A DNA stretch of 64,000 nt. Origin: an uncultured Gammaproteobacteria bacterium (GTDB lineage Bacteria; Patescibacteriota; Microgenomatia; UBA8517). The stretch is from contig CAZIMC010000001.1 of NCBI GenBank assembly GCA_964540475.1, positions 204,056-268,055 on the forward strand, in the 5' to 3' direction. The notes below the pieces were generated by a model that did no database searches, was not told the origin of the DNA, and saw only the letters and a list, made by a program, of their open reading frames with translations. How positions within the stretch are numbered: the first letter of the stretch is position 1; every line of letters starts with the position of its first letter. Positions 26,877 through 36,704 of this stretch are shown here, in pieces. The position numbers and the translations under genes were made by a program.

Positions 26877-27259
26877 AAATACTGGGAATAGATTACGGAA
26901 GAAGAAAAGTTGGACTTGCGTTGGCAGAAGGGACTATTGCGGAACCACACATTGTTATACGTGCAAATTCAACCAAGGATGCCATGGAGAAAGTGGTAAA
27001 AGTAATACAGGCGGAACGGGTAGATAAAATTGTGGTTGGTCTGTCCGAGGGAGAAATGGGCGAAGAATCCAAGAGTTTCAGCCTTCAGCTTTCAGCCAGA
27101 CTGCCTATTCCAGTTGAAACTTTTGATGAGACGCTTAGTACACAAGAGGCCCAATCCCTAGCTATTAAATCCGGGGTTAAAAGAAGTAAGCGGAGAAAAA
27201 TGGAAGATGCCTACGCTGCGACGATTATGCTTCAGGGCTATATCGACAATTTGAGTTGA
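26873..27259 (+). CDS. ruvX: Putative pre-16S rRNA nuclease / Holliday-junction resolvase-like YqgF (RuvX)
   Basis: MKILGIDYGRRKVGLALAE start and RNase H-like acidic residues; 128 aa. Confidence 0.9.
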   Translation: MKILGIDYGRRKVGLALAEGTIAEPHIVIRANSTKDAMEKVVKVIQAERVDKIVVGLSEGEMGEESKSFSLQLSARLPIPVETFDETLSTQEAQSLAIKSGVKRSKRRKMEDAYAATIMLQGYIDNLS

Positions 27260-27300
27260 CTTCTTGACTGACGGCCTCAAAGGAAGTAAAGTTTAGAGAA

Positions 27301-27504
27301 GTGTTTAAAAATGTAATCTCACCGATTCAAGCTTGGCTTTTGTCGCAAGGCAGGTGTGTCGGTTGTGGCCGCGAACTTTCAGAGGGAAGGGTCGTAGACA
27401 GAAAAGATAGTACAAAAAAAGTGACATGCAAAAATTGTGGTAGAATTTTTGTTCTAGATCCAAAAACCAAGAAGTATAGACGCGCCCTCCTTGAAGAAGC
27501 CTAA
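27301..27504 (+). CDS. Small C4 zinc-ribbon protein (GTG start)
   Basis: CVGCG...CKNCG pairs in a 67-aa ORF. Confidence 0.4.
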   Translation: MFKNVISPIQAWLLSQGRCVGCGRELSEGRVVDRKDSTKKVTCKNCGRIFVLDPKTKKYRRALLEEA

Positions 27505-27511
27505 ATAGGCC

Positions 27512-28498
27512 ATGAAGAAACTTTTTTTAGCCCCATTTTTATTGGCAATATTCTTATTTGTTGCTGTTCTTTGGTGGATACAAAATAGCAAGCCAGTTTC
27601 TGGTAAGACCGAAATGCAAGATTTTCTAATTGTACGCGGTGCATCGGCGGGTCAAATTGCTAATAAACTACATGGGGACGGCCTAATCAAAAGCCCTCTG
27701 GCATTTAAGATTTATGTTCAGGTTACAAATAAGCAAAACAAAATTCAGGCCGGCGAATTCAGACTTTCGCCAAGTTTTAGCTTACAAAGAATAGTCGAAG
27801 AGCTGGAAAGTGGTCCAACTGAGGTTTGGGTAACAATTCCTGAAGGATTTAGGCGGGAAGAAATAGCAAAGCGCTTTGCAAGCGTATTAGAAAAAGACGA
27901 ACAATTTACAGTTGATTTTTTAAACGTCACCCAAGGCCAAGAAGGTCTTTTATTTCCTGACACGTACCTTTTTGCCAAAGAGGCTTCCCCTTCGGCAGTT
28001 GCAAATAAATTACGCTCTACATTTGATAGTAAACTAAGCGCTAAAATGCGCCAGGATATTGCGGAGCTGGGTTATACAATGAATCAAGTAGTTACCATGG
28101 CCTCTATTGTCGAAAGAGAAACGTTAACTGGTGGGGAAAGACCAGTTGTTGCTGGGATTCTTTATAAAAGATTGCGTGCTGGTTGGCCACTTCAAGCCGA
28201 TGCAACACTCCAGTATGCTGTGGCAAATGCTAAATGCCAAATGCCAAATGCCAAATGCGAGAACTGGTGGCAAACACCAACCTCTGCAGATAAAGAGATC
28301 AATTCTGCCTATAACACTTACCGATCTGGTGGGCTTCCTCCAGGGCCTATCGCAAATCCAGGTCTTTCTTCCTTGGAGGCTGCAATCTATCCAGAAGACA
28401 GTCCCTATTGGTACTATATTCACGATAGGTCGGGAAAAATTCATTATGCGGTAACTCTTGAAGAGCATAATGAAAATATTAGACGGTACTTACGTTAG
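27512..28498 (+). CDS. mltG: Endolytic murein transglycosylase MltG (YceG-like)
   Basis: N-terminal TM; YceG motifs GEFRLSPSFS, LFPDTYLF, LQADATLQYA, YNTYRSGGLPPGPIANPG. Confidence 0.9.
   Translation: MKKLFLAPFLLAIFLFVAVLWWIQNSKPVSGKTEMQDFLIVRGASAGQIANKLHGDGLIKSPLAFKIYVQVTNKQNKIQAGEFRLSPSFSLQRIVEELESGPTEVWVTIPEGFRREEIAKRFASVLEKDEQFTVDFLNVTQGQEGLLFPDTYLFAKEASPSAVANKLRSTFDSKLSAKMRQDIAELGYTMNQVVTMASIVERETLTGGERPVVAGILYKRLRAGWPLQADATLQYAVANAKCQMPNAKCENWWQTPTSADKEINSAYNTYRSGGLPPGPIANPGLSSLEAAIYPEDSPYWYYIHDRSGKIHYAVTLEEHNENIRRYLR
28224..28258 (+). repeat. Five tandem copies of heptanucleotide (C/T)AAATGC inside mltG
   Basis: CAAATGC TAAATGC CAAATGC CAAATGC CAAATGC read directly; encodes ANAKCQMPNAKC. 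Confidence 0.9.
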
Positions 28499-28607
28499 CG
28501 TGGGTCTTGACAAACCTCATAAATTACATATAATTCTGTTTAGGCGTAACTAAGTTTACGCTCGTCCCGCGTCTAAAGCGGGAATTTTCTGTGTAAAGAG
28601 GTAAATA

Positions 28608-31600
28608 ATGGCGTCCAACCTTACCCGACAACAGTTTGGAAAAAAAGAAAAAAACCTACCCGAACTTGATCTCTCGTTGATTCAACGAGAATCGTGGGAC
28701 TGGTTTTTGACGGAAGGAATCGCACAGGAATTAACTCAAATTTCCCCAATCGATGATTTTACAGGCAAGAATTGGCAACTTGTCTTGGGCGAGCACACAC
28801 TTGGTGAACCCCTCACAACTTCAAGAATCGCGCTTCAAAAAGGAATTACATACGCCTCTCAGCTTAAAATTTCAGCTACGTTGGTAAACAAACGAACAGG
28901 AAAAGAAGTGACTCAGGAAGTATTCTTAGGAGAACTTCCACAAATGACGTCCAGAGGGACATTTATTGTTAATGGAGTTGAGCGCGCAGTTATAAATCAA
29001 ATTGTAAGAAGTCCGGGAGTTTATTTTTCTGGAGAACTTGATGCTTCAACAGGAAGAATGCTCTATAAAGCAGAAGTGAGACCTCTTCATGGATCCTGGC
29101 TTGAGTTTGAGGTTTCAAAGGGAGACGTAATTTCAGCAAGAATTGACAGAAGAAGAAAAGTTGTTGCCACCGTTCTTCTTCGTGCAATGGGCATAGAAAG
29201 CGACAATGAAATCAGGCAAACGTTTAAGATGCTCGATATTGATCCACAGCATAAATACATTGAGAGCACAATTGCAAAAGACCCTACAAAGTCCCGCGAA
29301 GAAGCATTGATCGAGATATACAAAAAGTTAAGACCGGGAGAACCGGCTGTTTTGGAAAACGCTGAAAATCTATTTAATTCTCTATTTTTTGATTTTAGAA
29401 GATATGATTTAGGGAAGGTTGGACGATTTAAAATCAATAAAAGACTTGATCTAAATCTTCCTAACGACCGGTCAACGTGGGTTTTAACAAAACAGGATAT
29501 TGTTGGGGCAATAAATTATCTTATTGGTCTACAAAGGGGTATTGGCAGGGTCGATGATATAGATCACTTGGCCAACAGAAGACTTCGCAGAGTGGGAGAG
29601 TTGGTTGCGACAAATGCATTCAGAATCGGACTCATTAGGCTGGAGAGAAGCGTTAAGGAAAAGATGAGTTTAATTTCTGCTGACGATAGGCCACTCCCTG
29701 CAACCTTAATAAACGCAAGACCTCTAATTGCCGCGCTAAATGAATTCTTTAGAAGTAATCAGCTTTCAACTATCCTAGACGATACTAACCCATTAAGCGA
29801 GATTGATAACCTTAGGCGTGTGTCAGTTTTGGGTACAGGGGGCATAAACCGTGAAAGAGCAAGTTTTTCAATCCGTGACGTTAATTCATCGCAATATGGA
29901 AGAATTGATCCTGTTCGTTCTCCTGAAGGTCAAAACATTGGTTTGGTTACATACCTTGCGCTTTACACAAGAGTAAATGAATATGGATTCTTAGAAACAC
30001 CCTATCGCAAAGTCGAAAAGACAAAGTCCGGCAAGAAAGAGAAGGTCAAGGTAACTGATGAGGTTATTTATATCACAGCCGACGATGAGGAAACCTATCA
30101 CATTACCCATGCCGGGGTAAATATCGATGACGAAGGGTTTTTAACCGATGAGCGTGTTCCCTTGCGCTTCCAAGGGACGTTTACTGAAGGAGATGCTTCG
30201 CTTGTGGATCTTATTGATGTTACCCCAAGACAAGTTGTCGGAGTGTCGGCGTCGCTTATCCCATTTTTGGCACACGATGAAGGAAACCGCGCTCTTATGG
30301 GAAGCAACATGCAATGTCAGGCAGTTCCACTAGTTAACCCTGAATCACCTGTTGTTGGAACTGGTATGGAAGCGGAGGTCGCTGGGGCTATGCAAAGAGT
30401 TGTTAGAGCCAGAAATAGTGGAACTGTAGAGTATGCAGATGGTAATCGTATTGAGGTTAAGCTTGATAAGGCAATCGATCTTGATTCGACAGAGGATATT
30501 GAGGTTGCAAGCGGCGGGAAACAGGAAATTTATCACTTAGTTAAGTTTAAAAGAACTGCACATTCAACCTGCTATAACCCCCGAGTGGTAGTCAAAGCCG
30601 GAGATAAGGTGAAGCAAGGAGACTTGCTGGCGGATGGACCATCAGCCCAGGACGGAGAATTGGCGTTAGGCAGAAACCTTGTTATTGCATATATGTCATT
30701 TGAAGGATACGGTTTTGAAGATGCAATTTTAGTTTCAGATCGCCTTGTCAAAGAAGATTTACTAACTTCAGTCCATATAGAGGAATATGAGGCAGACGTA
30801 GTTGATACCAAACTTGGTCCGGAGGAGCTTACGCGGGATATTCCCAATGTTGCCGAAACGGAGCTTGCCAATCTGGCTGAGGATGGAATCGTTGTGATTG
30901 GGGCAGAAGTGGGGCCTAACGATATATTGGTCGGGAAGATTGCACCCAAAGGAGAGACAGAACTTACCTCAGAAGAACGGCTTTTGAGGGCAATTTTCGG
31001 TGAAAAGGCTCGTGAGGTTAGGGATACATCGCTTCGTGTCCCTCATGGAGAAAAAGGAATTGTTGTTGATGTTCAGATCCTAGACAAAGATAAAGGTGAT
31101 GAGTTGGGGCCAGGAATAATTAAAAAAGTAATTGTAAGGGTTGCGCAGATGAGAAAGATTACAGTGGGAGACAAGGTAGCGGGAAGGCATGGAAATAAGG
31201 GCGTTATTGCTAAAATTCTGCCAATTGCGGATATGCCTTATCTTGAAGATGGAACGCCTGTTGATATCATCATCTCACCTCTTTCGGTTTTAGCGCGTAT
31301 GAATCTGGGCCAGTTGCTTGAAGCACATCTCGGTTGGGCATTCGCCAAGAAAGGGGCCAAAGCCGCAATACCAGTATTTGAGAAGATGGGTGAAGAGACT
31401 ATAACCGAGGAGCTTAAAAAGGAAGGATTGCCGGTTAGCGGGAAAGTAAGACTTTACGATGGTAGAACTGGTGAATCATACAAAGAAGATACGGTTGTGG
31501 GTGTTGGATACATCATGAAACTTATCCATATGGTTGAGGATAAAACCCACGCCAGATCAACCGGACCGTACTCACTAGTTACACAACAACCTCTCGGTGG

Positions 31601-31982
31601 AAAGGCGCAAATGGGGGGACAGAGATTTGGAGAAATGGAGGTATGGGGACTGGAAGCTCATAGGGCAGCATACACCTTACAAGAGATGTTAACAATTAAA
31701 TCTGATGATATACTAGGCCGAGCTAGGGCATTTGAATCTATTGTTAAGGGAGAGGACATCCCCGAAGCAACAATTCCTGAGTCTTTCAAAGTATTGGTTC
31801 GGGAACTTAACTCGTTAGGACTTTCGGTTGATGCAAAGGGTGCAGTTATTGCCGCAGAAGAAGCTGAAGAAGAGACCAAAGAAGGCGAAGAGTTTGCCCA
31901 GGCAGTAGGTGCACAACTGGTTGCAGATGAAAGCATGACCGAACCGGCAAGCCCAATTGAGATTGAGGAGGTTAAAAGTTAA
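28608..31982 (+). CDS. rpoB: DNA-directed RNA polymerase beta subunit
   Basis: 1124 aa; conserved rif cluster and catalytic regions throughout. Confidence 0.97.
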   Translation: MASNLTRQQFGKKEKNLPELDLSLIQRESWDWFLTEGIAQELTQISPIDDFTGKNWQLVLGEHTLGEPLTTSRIALQKGITYASQLKISATLVNKRTGKEVTQEVFLGELPQMTSRGTFIVNGVERAVINQIVRSPGVYFSGELDASTGRMLYKAEVRPLHGSWLEFEVSKGDVISARIDRRRKVVATVLLRAMGIESDNEIRQTFKMLDIDPQHKYIESTIAKDPTKSREEALIEIYKKLRPGEPAVLENAENLFNSLFFDFRRYDLGKVGRFKINKRLDLNLPNDRSTWVLTKQDIVGAINYLIGLQRGIGRVDDIDHLANRRLRRVGELVATNAFRIGLIRLERSVKEKMSLISADDRPLPATLINARPLIAALNEFFRSNQLSTILDDTNPLSEIDNLRRVSVLGTGGINRERASFSIRDVNSSQYGRIDPVRSPEGQNIGLVTYLALYTRVNEYGFLETPYRKVEKTKSGKKEKVKVTDEVIYITADDEETYHITHAGVNIDDEGFLTDERVPLRFQGTFTEGDASLVDLIDVTPRQVVGVSASLIPFLAHDEGNRALMGSNMQCQAVPLVNPESPVVGTGMEAEVAGAMQRVVRARNSGTVEYADGNRIEVKLDKAIDLDSTEDIEVASGGKQEIYHLVKFKRTAHSTCYNPRVVVKAGDKVKQGDLLADGPSAQDGELALGRNLVIAYMSFEGYGFEDAILVSDRLVKEDLLTSVHIEEYEADVVDTKLGPEELTRDIPNVAETELANLAEDGIVVIGAEVGPNDILVGKIAPKGETELTSEERLLRAIFGEKAREVRDTSLRVPHGEKGIVVDVQILDKDKGDELGPGIIKKVIVRVAQMRKITVGDKVAGRHGNKGVIAKILPIADMPYLEDGTPVDIIISPLSVLARMNLGQLLEAHLGWAFAKKGAKAAIPVFEKMGEETITEELKKEGLPVSGKVRLYDGRTGESYKEDTVVGVGYIMKLIHMVEDKTHARSTGPYSLVTQQPLGGKAQMGGQRFGEMEVWGLEAHRAAYTLQEMLTIKSDDILGRARAFESIVKGEDIPEATIPESFKVLVRELNSLGLSVDAKGAVIAAEEAEEETKEGEEFAQAVGAQLVADESMTEPASPIEIEEVKS

Positions 31983-34900
31983 TGGAACCATTATCTGACC
32001 TTAAAACACTAACAGACTTTAAAAGTCTCGTATTAAGACTTGCGTCTTCTGAGGAAATCAGAAAGTGGTCCCGTGGAGAAGTAACCAAGCCCGAGACCAT
32101 CAACTACAGAACCCTAAAACCCGAAAAAGATGGTCTATTCGATGAGCGAATTTTTGGCCCAACAAAAGATTGGGAATGTTACTGTGGAAAATATAAAAGA
32201 ATTAGATATAAAGGTGTGGTTTGTGACAAATGTGGAGTTGAGGTCACCCAATCGCGAGTAAGGCGCGAAAGAATGGGACATGTTGCACTGGCGTGCCCTG
32301 TTGTACATGTTTGGTATTTCAAGGGTGCTCCCTCAAAAATCTCTTTACTTCTAGGAGTTGCACCACGTGCGTTGGAGCAGGTCATTTACTTTGCCCGCTA
32401 TTTGGTCACAGAAATTGACGAGCAGGGTAGAAAAGATGCCATTTCATCGCTCGAAAAAGCAGCCAAAGTACGCTTGGATGAGATAGCTCAAAACTACAAG
32501 GAAAGAAAAGAAATTTTGGCAAAGGAGTCAGTCGATGCGAAGCAGAAGATTCAAAACAAAATTAAAGACAAAGAACAGCTATCACTGGCTTTAAGCGAGG
32601 TTGACTTGGAATTCAGGAAGAAAGAGACGCTGCTCTCCGAAGAAGAACGCTCAACCATGGAAAAAACAAGCCAGCTATTTGAGAATTTGGCATCGGTTGT
32701 TAGGAGCCTTAAGCCACTTTCAGTTCTCTCTGAGGAGGAATATGATGAGCTGGCAAGTTATGAAGCAGAACGTTTCTTTACGGCTAAAATGGGGGCAGAT
32801 GCAGTAAGTACTGCTCTTGAAACAATTGATCTGGAAGCCATCTCTAAGGATTTGCGAGTGGAAATCGAAGAAGTTAAGGGAGGAGGAGCCAGATACACAA
32901 AGATTGCCAAGAGGCTAAAACTTATTGATGGTCTCAGGCGGGCAAAAATCGATCCGTCCTGGATGATTATGAAGGTTTTGCCAGTTTTGCCTCCCGACCT
33001 TAGGCCTATGGTTCAGCTTTCCGGTGGAAGATTTGCAACTAGCGATTTGAATGATTTATATAGAAGAGTTATTAACCGCAATAATCGCCTAAAGCACCTT
33101 ATTGGTTTGGGGGCTCCGGAGATAATACTCAGGAACGAAAAGAGAATGCTTCAAGAGGCAGTCGATTCGTTAATCGATGCTTCGCAAAGAAAGGCTGTCA
33201 GGCGGGGCCGAGGTAGACAGGTATTAAGATCGCTATCCGATATGCTTCGAGGAAAGCAGGGGAGATTTAGACAAAATTTGTTAGGTAAAAGAGTCGACTA
33301 TTCAGGACGAAGCGTTATTATAGTAGGCCCGGAACTTAAGCTCAATCAATGTGGTCTTCCGAAAGACATGGCTTTGGAGATGTTTAAGCCTTTTGTCCTT
33401 AAGGAAATGATAGTTCGGGGTATCGCACCTAACGTTAAAAGTGCTAAAAACATGCTCGAAAGAAGACCGGCTGAGGTCTTTGATATTTTGGAAGAGATTA
33501 CCAAAAATCATCCGATTTTGCTTAATCGTGCACCAACTTTACACAAGCTTTCTATCCAAGCATTTTACCCTGTCTTAATTGAGGGTAACGCAATTCGTGT
33601 TCACCCTGCAGTGTGTTCCGGGTTTAATGCAGACTTTGATGGAGACCAGATGGCCGTTCATATTCCCCTTTCAAAGAAAGCCGTCGAAGAAGCAAGAGCA
33701 CTTATGCTGCCTGAGAATAATTTACTAAGACCCGCGGATGGTACTCCAATTTCTGCTCCATCATCAAAAGAAATGGCTTTAGGGGTTTACTACCTAACAA
33801 GTGAAGACCCAAGAATCGAAAGCGGCGATTGGTTCTTTGCAGACAGCAACGAGGCAATATTGGCATATCAGGCTGGAAAGGTTGAATTGCGACAAAAAGT
33901 CAACGTACGTGTTAATGGTAAGGTTTTGGAAACAACCGCAGGACGCGTCATCTTCAATGAGGTTTTGCCCGAAAACTTCGAGTTTGTGAATGAGGCAATT
34001 ACCTCAACTGTCATTAAAAAGCTCTTCAGTAAAGCATATGCCACAGTTAGCAAAGAACGTGTTGTTCAAATGATTGATGCAATTAAAGATCTGGGCTTTA
34101 TGGGTGGCACACTGTCTGGCCTTTCTTTTGGAATAACAGACGCCAAGATTTTACCTGAAAAAGCGAAGCTCTTGGCCGATGCTAACGAGAGAATTAAAGA
34201 GATTGAGAGTAACTATGCCCAAGGGCTTATTACCTATGAGGAAAAGAAAAGGCTTACTCAGGAAATCTGGATCGAGGTAACAGAAGAGCTAGCGGATAAA
34301 ACCTGGGAAGCAATGGAGGCAACTAACTCGATTAAGCTTGTGATCGACGCAAAGGTTGGTCGTGCATCCAGGGATCAAGTTAAGCAGTTGGCAGCAATCC
34401 GAGGGCTTATCGTTGATCCATTAGGCAAGATTGTAGAACTACCAATCAAAAGCAATTTCCGTGAGGGACTTTCAGTTTTTGAATACGTCACATCTTCTCG
34501 GGGTTCGCGAAAGGGCCTTACTGATACAGCCATCAAGACCGCTGATGCAGGCTACTTAACTCGTAGGCTTGTCGATGTTGCACACGATCAGATTGTCCGG
34601 CTTGATGATTGTGGTTCTAGCGAAAAGTTCATAATCCAAAAGAGCATTAGGCCAACCAGTTTTGTGTTAAGGATTACAGGCAGATTTGCTGCGGAGGATA
34701 TTAATCTTAAGGACGGAAAGACTCTGGTTGCCCACAATGAAATTATAGATGAAGAGAAGGCTGCGCAAATTGACGAATCGGGTATTGAAAATGTGGCTGT
34801 TAGGTCGCCATTAACTTGTGTAAGCAGGTATGGAATTTGTGCTAAGTGTTATGGTTGGGACCTGTCCACAAAAAAGGTGGTGGATTTGGGGATGCCTGTT

Positions 34901-35719
34901 GGGGTTGTAGCTGCTCAGTCAATCGGTGAGCCAGGAACTCAGCTTACACTTAAAACTAAGCACTCCGGAGGAATTGTTGGGCTTGATGTTACACAAGGCC
35001 TTCCACGTGTTGAAGAGTTGGTTGAAGCCCGTGTGCCAAAAGTCCTAGCACCACTTGCTGAGATTTCAGGAAAAGTTACAGTTAATGAGGCAACTGAAGG
35101 ATGGAAGATTACCATAACCTCGGTTAATACCAAGCCAAAAGAGGAAAGAGAGTATATTATTCCTAAAACACTGAAATTAGCTGTAGAGGACAAGCAATTG
35201 GTGGATGCTGGTACACAGCTTGCAGCAGGATACCTGGATATTAAAGAGATTTTGTCTATCAAGGGCCTGCGAAGTGCCCAGGAATACCTGGTGAACGAGA
35301 TTCAAAGGGTGTATGAGTCGCAAGGAATTCCCATTAATGATAAGCATTTTGAGGTCATTGTAAGAAAGATGAGCGATGAGGTTAGGATTGTTACTCCTGG
35401 CGACACCAATTTCTTACCGGGCGAGCTTACCGCTAAAACTACTTTTGAAGAAGAAAATGAAAGAGTTTTAGCTGCAGGTGGAGAACCTGCAAGTGGCCAA
35501 CAGGTAATATTGGGTATCACCAGAAGATCGCTTTATACTGAAAGCTGGTTGTCTTCGGCCTCTTTTGAACAGACCACGGATGTTTTAACTGATGCATCTT
35601 TGCAGGCAAAAGAGGATAAATTGGCTGGTCTCAAAGAAAATGTAATTATTGGAAGACTTATACCAGTCACCCCAGACAGAGCGGCACTACCCACCTTGCC
35701 CACCGAGACTGTGCAGTGA
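31982..35719 (+). CDS. rpoC: DNA-directed RNA polymerase beta-prime subunit
   Basis: 1245 aa; zinc-binding CYCGKYKRIRYKGVVCDKCG and NADFDGDQM catalytic motif. Confidence 0.97.
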   Translation: MEPLSDLKTLTDFKSLVLRLASSEEIRKWSRGEVTKPETINYRTLKPEKDGLFDERIFGPTKDWECYCGKYKRIRYKGVVCDKCGVEVTQSRVRRERMGHVALACPVVHVWYFKGAPSKISLLLGVAPRALEQVIYFARYLVTEIDEQGRKDAISSLEKAAKVRLDEIAQNYKERKEILAKESVDAKQKIQNKIKDKEQLSLALSEVDLEFRKKETLLSEEERSTMEKTSQLFENLASVVRSLKPLSVLSEEEYDELASYEAERFFTAKMGADAVSTALETIDLEAISKDLRVEIEEVKGGGARYTKIAKRLKLIDGLRRAKIDPSWMIMKVLPVLPPDLRPMVQLSGGRFATSDLNDLYRRVINRNNRLKHLIGLGAPEIILRNEKRMLQEAVDSLIDASQRKAVRRGRGRQVLRSLSDMLRGKQGRFRQNLLGKRVDYSGRSVIIVGPELKLNQCGLPKDMALEMFKPFVLKEMIVRGIAPNVKSAKNMLERRPAEVFDILEEITKNHPILLNRAPTLHKLSIQAFYPVLIEGNAIRVHPAVCSGFNADFDGDQMAVHIPLSKKAVEEARALMLPENNLLRPADGTPISAPSSKEMALGVYYLTSEDPRIESGDWFFADSNEAILAYQAGKVELRQKVNVRVNGKVLETTAGRVIFNEVLPENFEFVNEAITSTVIKKLFSKAYATVSKERVVQMIDAIKDLGFMGGTLSGLSFGITDAKILPEKAKLLADANERIKEIESNYAQGLITYEEKKRLTQEIWIEVTEELADKTWEAMEATNSIKLVIDAKVGRASRDQVKQLAAIRGLIVDPLGKIVELPIKSNFREGLSVFEYVTSSRGSRKGLTDTAIKTADAGYLTRRLVDVAHDQIVRLDDCGSSEKFIIQKSIRPTSFVLRITGRFAAEDINLKDGKTLVAHNEIIDEEKAAQIDESGIENVAVRSPLTCVSRYGICAKCYGWDLSTKKVVDLGMPVGVVAAQSIGEPGTQLTLKTKHSGGIVGLDVTQGLPRVEELVEARVPKVLAPLAEISGKVTVNEATEGWKITITSVNTKPKEEREYIIPKTLKLAVEDKQLVDAGTQLAAGYLDIKEILSIKGLRSAQEYLVNEIQRVYESQGIPINDKHFEVIVRKMSDEVRIVTPGDTNFLPGELTAKTTFEEENERVLAAGGEPASGQQVILGITRRSLYTESWLSSASFEQTTDVLTDASLQAKEDKLAGLKENVIIGRLIPVTPDRAALPTLPTETVQ

Positions 35720-35751
35720 TACAATACTGTGTTACATAAGGGAAAACAGAT

Positions 35752-36204
35752 ATGCCAACAGTAAATCAATTAGTTCGAAAAGGTCGTAAACAAATAAAGA
35801 AAAAGGAAAGCACCACTTCTCTTAAAAAGTGGTTTAGTGCAAAAGATAGGAAATTTTCCGAATTTTCATCCCCTTTAAAACGAGGGGTAGTTCTTTCTGT
35901 GCGCACAATGACACCCAGAAAGCCAAATTCGGCTCTTAGAAAAGTTGCCAGAGTTAGACTTTCTAATAAGCAGGAAATTACTGCTTATATTCCCGGCGAA
36001 GGCCATGAATTGGCAGAACATTCAATTGTCTTAGTTCGCGGTGGTAAGGTTAAGGATTTGGCAGGAGTTAAATTCCATGTGGTGAGAGGAAAATATGACA
36101 CAACTGGGGTTGTGGGAAGACAGCGTGGTAGAAGCAAATACGGAACAAAGAAAGGAGGCGGTGGCGCAGCTCCAAAAGCAGCTGGTGCGCCAGCAGAAGG
36201 ATAA
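35752..36204 (+). CDS. rpsL: 30S ribosomal protein S12 with a short N-terminal insertion and a Gly/Ala-rich C-terminal extension
   Basis: [11 protein letters not shown] start, [24 protein letters not shown]. Confidence 0.95.
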   Translation: MPTVNQLVRKGRKQIKKKESTTSLKKWFSAKDRKFSEFSSPLKRGVVLSVRTMTPRKPNSALRKVARVRLSNKQEITAYIPGEGHELAEHSIVLVRGGKVKDLAGVKFHVVRGKYDTTGVVGRQRGRSKYGTKKGGGGAAPKAAGAPAEG

Positions 36205-36205
36205 T

Positions 36206-36685
36206 ATGGCAAGACGAGGCGGAGTGCGACCAAGAAAGATCGACCCAGATCCAATTTATGGAAGCGCTGTAGTTACCAAGCTTATAAACAGGCTGATGAA
36301 AGATGGCAAGAAAAGCGTAATTCAAAAGCAGGTATATAACGCTTTTGAGTTGATTAAAGAAAAAACGGGGGAAGATCCTTTAAAAGTTTTTGAGACGGCA
36401 ATGGAAAACATTAAACCGACAATGGAAGTTCGCCCAAGAAGAGTTGGCGGTGCAGCTTATCAGGTTCCAATGAGTGTCCGTGGGCCAAGACGCGAATCTT
36501 TGGCAATTCGCTGGCTAGCACAAGCCGCAAATTCAAGGAGCAATTCCGAATACCATACATTTGCTGAAAAATTGGCAGCTGAAATTATAGATGCTAAAGA
36601 AGGAGAAGGGGCAGCTATGAAGAAAAAACAAGACATGGAACGTTCAGCTGAAGCCAACCGCGCCTTTGCCCACTTCAGGTGGTAA
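36206..36685 (+). CDS. rpsG: 30S ribosomal protein S7
   Basis: MARRGGVRPRKIDPDPIYGS...; the track ORF starting at 36095 overlaps rpsL, so the in-frame ATG at 36206 is preferred. Confidence 0.93.
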   Translation: MARRGGVRPRKIDPDPIYGSAVVTKLINRLMKDGKKSVIQKQVYNAFELIKEKTGEDPLKVFETAMENIKPTMEVRPRRVGGAAYQVPMSVRGPRRESLAIRWLAQAANSRSNSEYHTFAEKLAAEIIDAKEGEGAAMKKKQDMERSAEANRAFAHFRW

Positions 36686-36704
36686 ATCAACCTCATCCTA
36701 GACC

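Noticed and set aside
28124-28468. Long ORFs on both strands inside mltG (28124-28468 minus strand, 28131-28454 plus strand)
   Set aside because: They lie entirely within the well-supported mltG reading frame and are propagated by the heptamer repeat; no independent coding signal.
36095-36205. Upstream start for rpsG overlapping rpsL by 110 nt
   Set aside because: The in-frame ATG at 36206 gives the canonical S7 N-terminus MARRGG; the extension is just the alternative-frame read of the rpsL 3' end.
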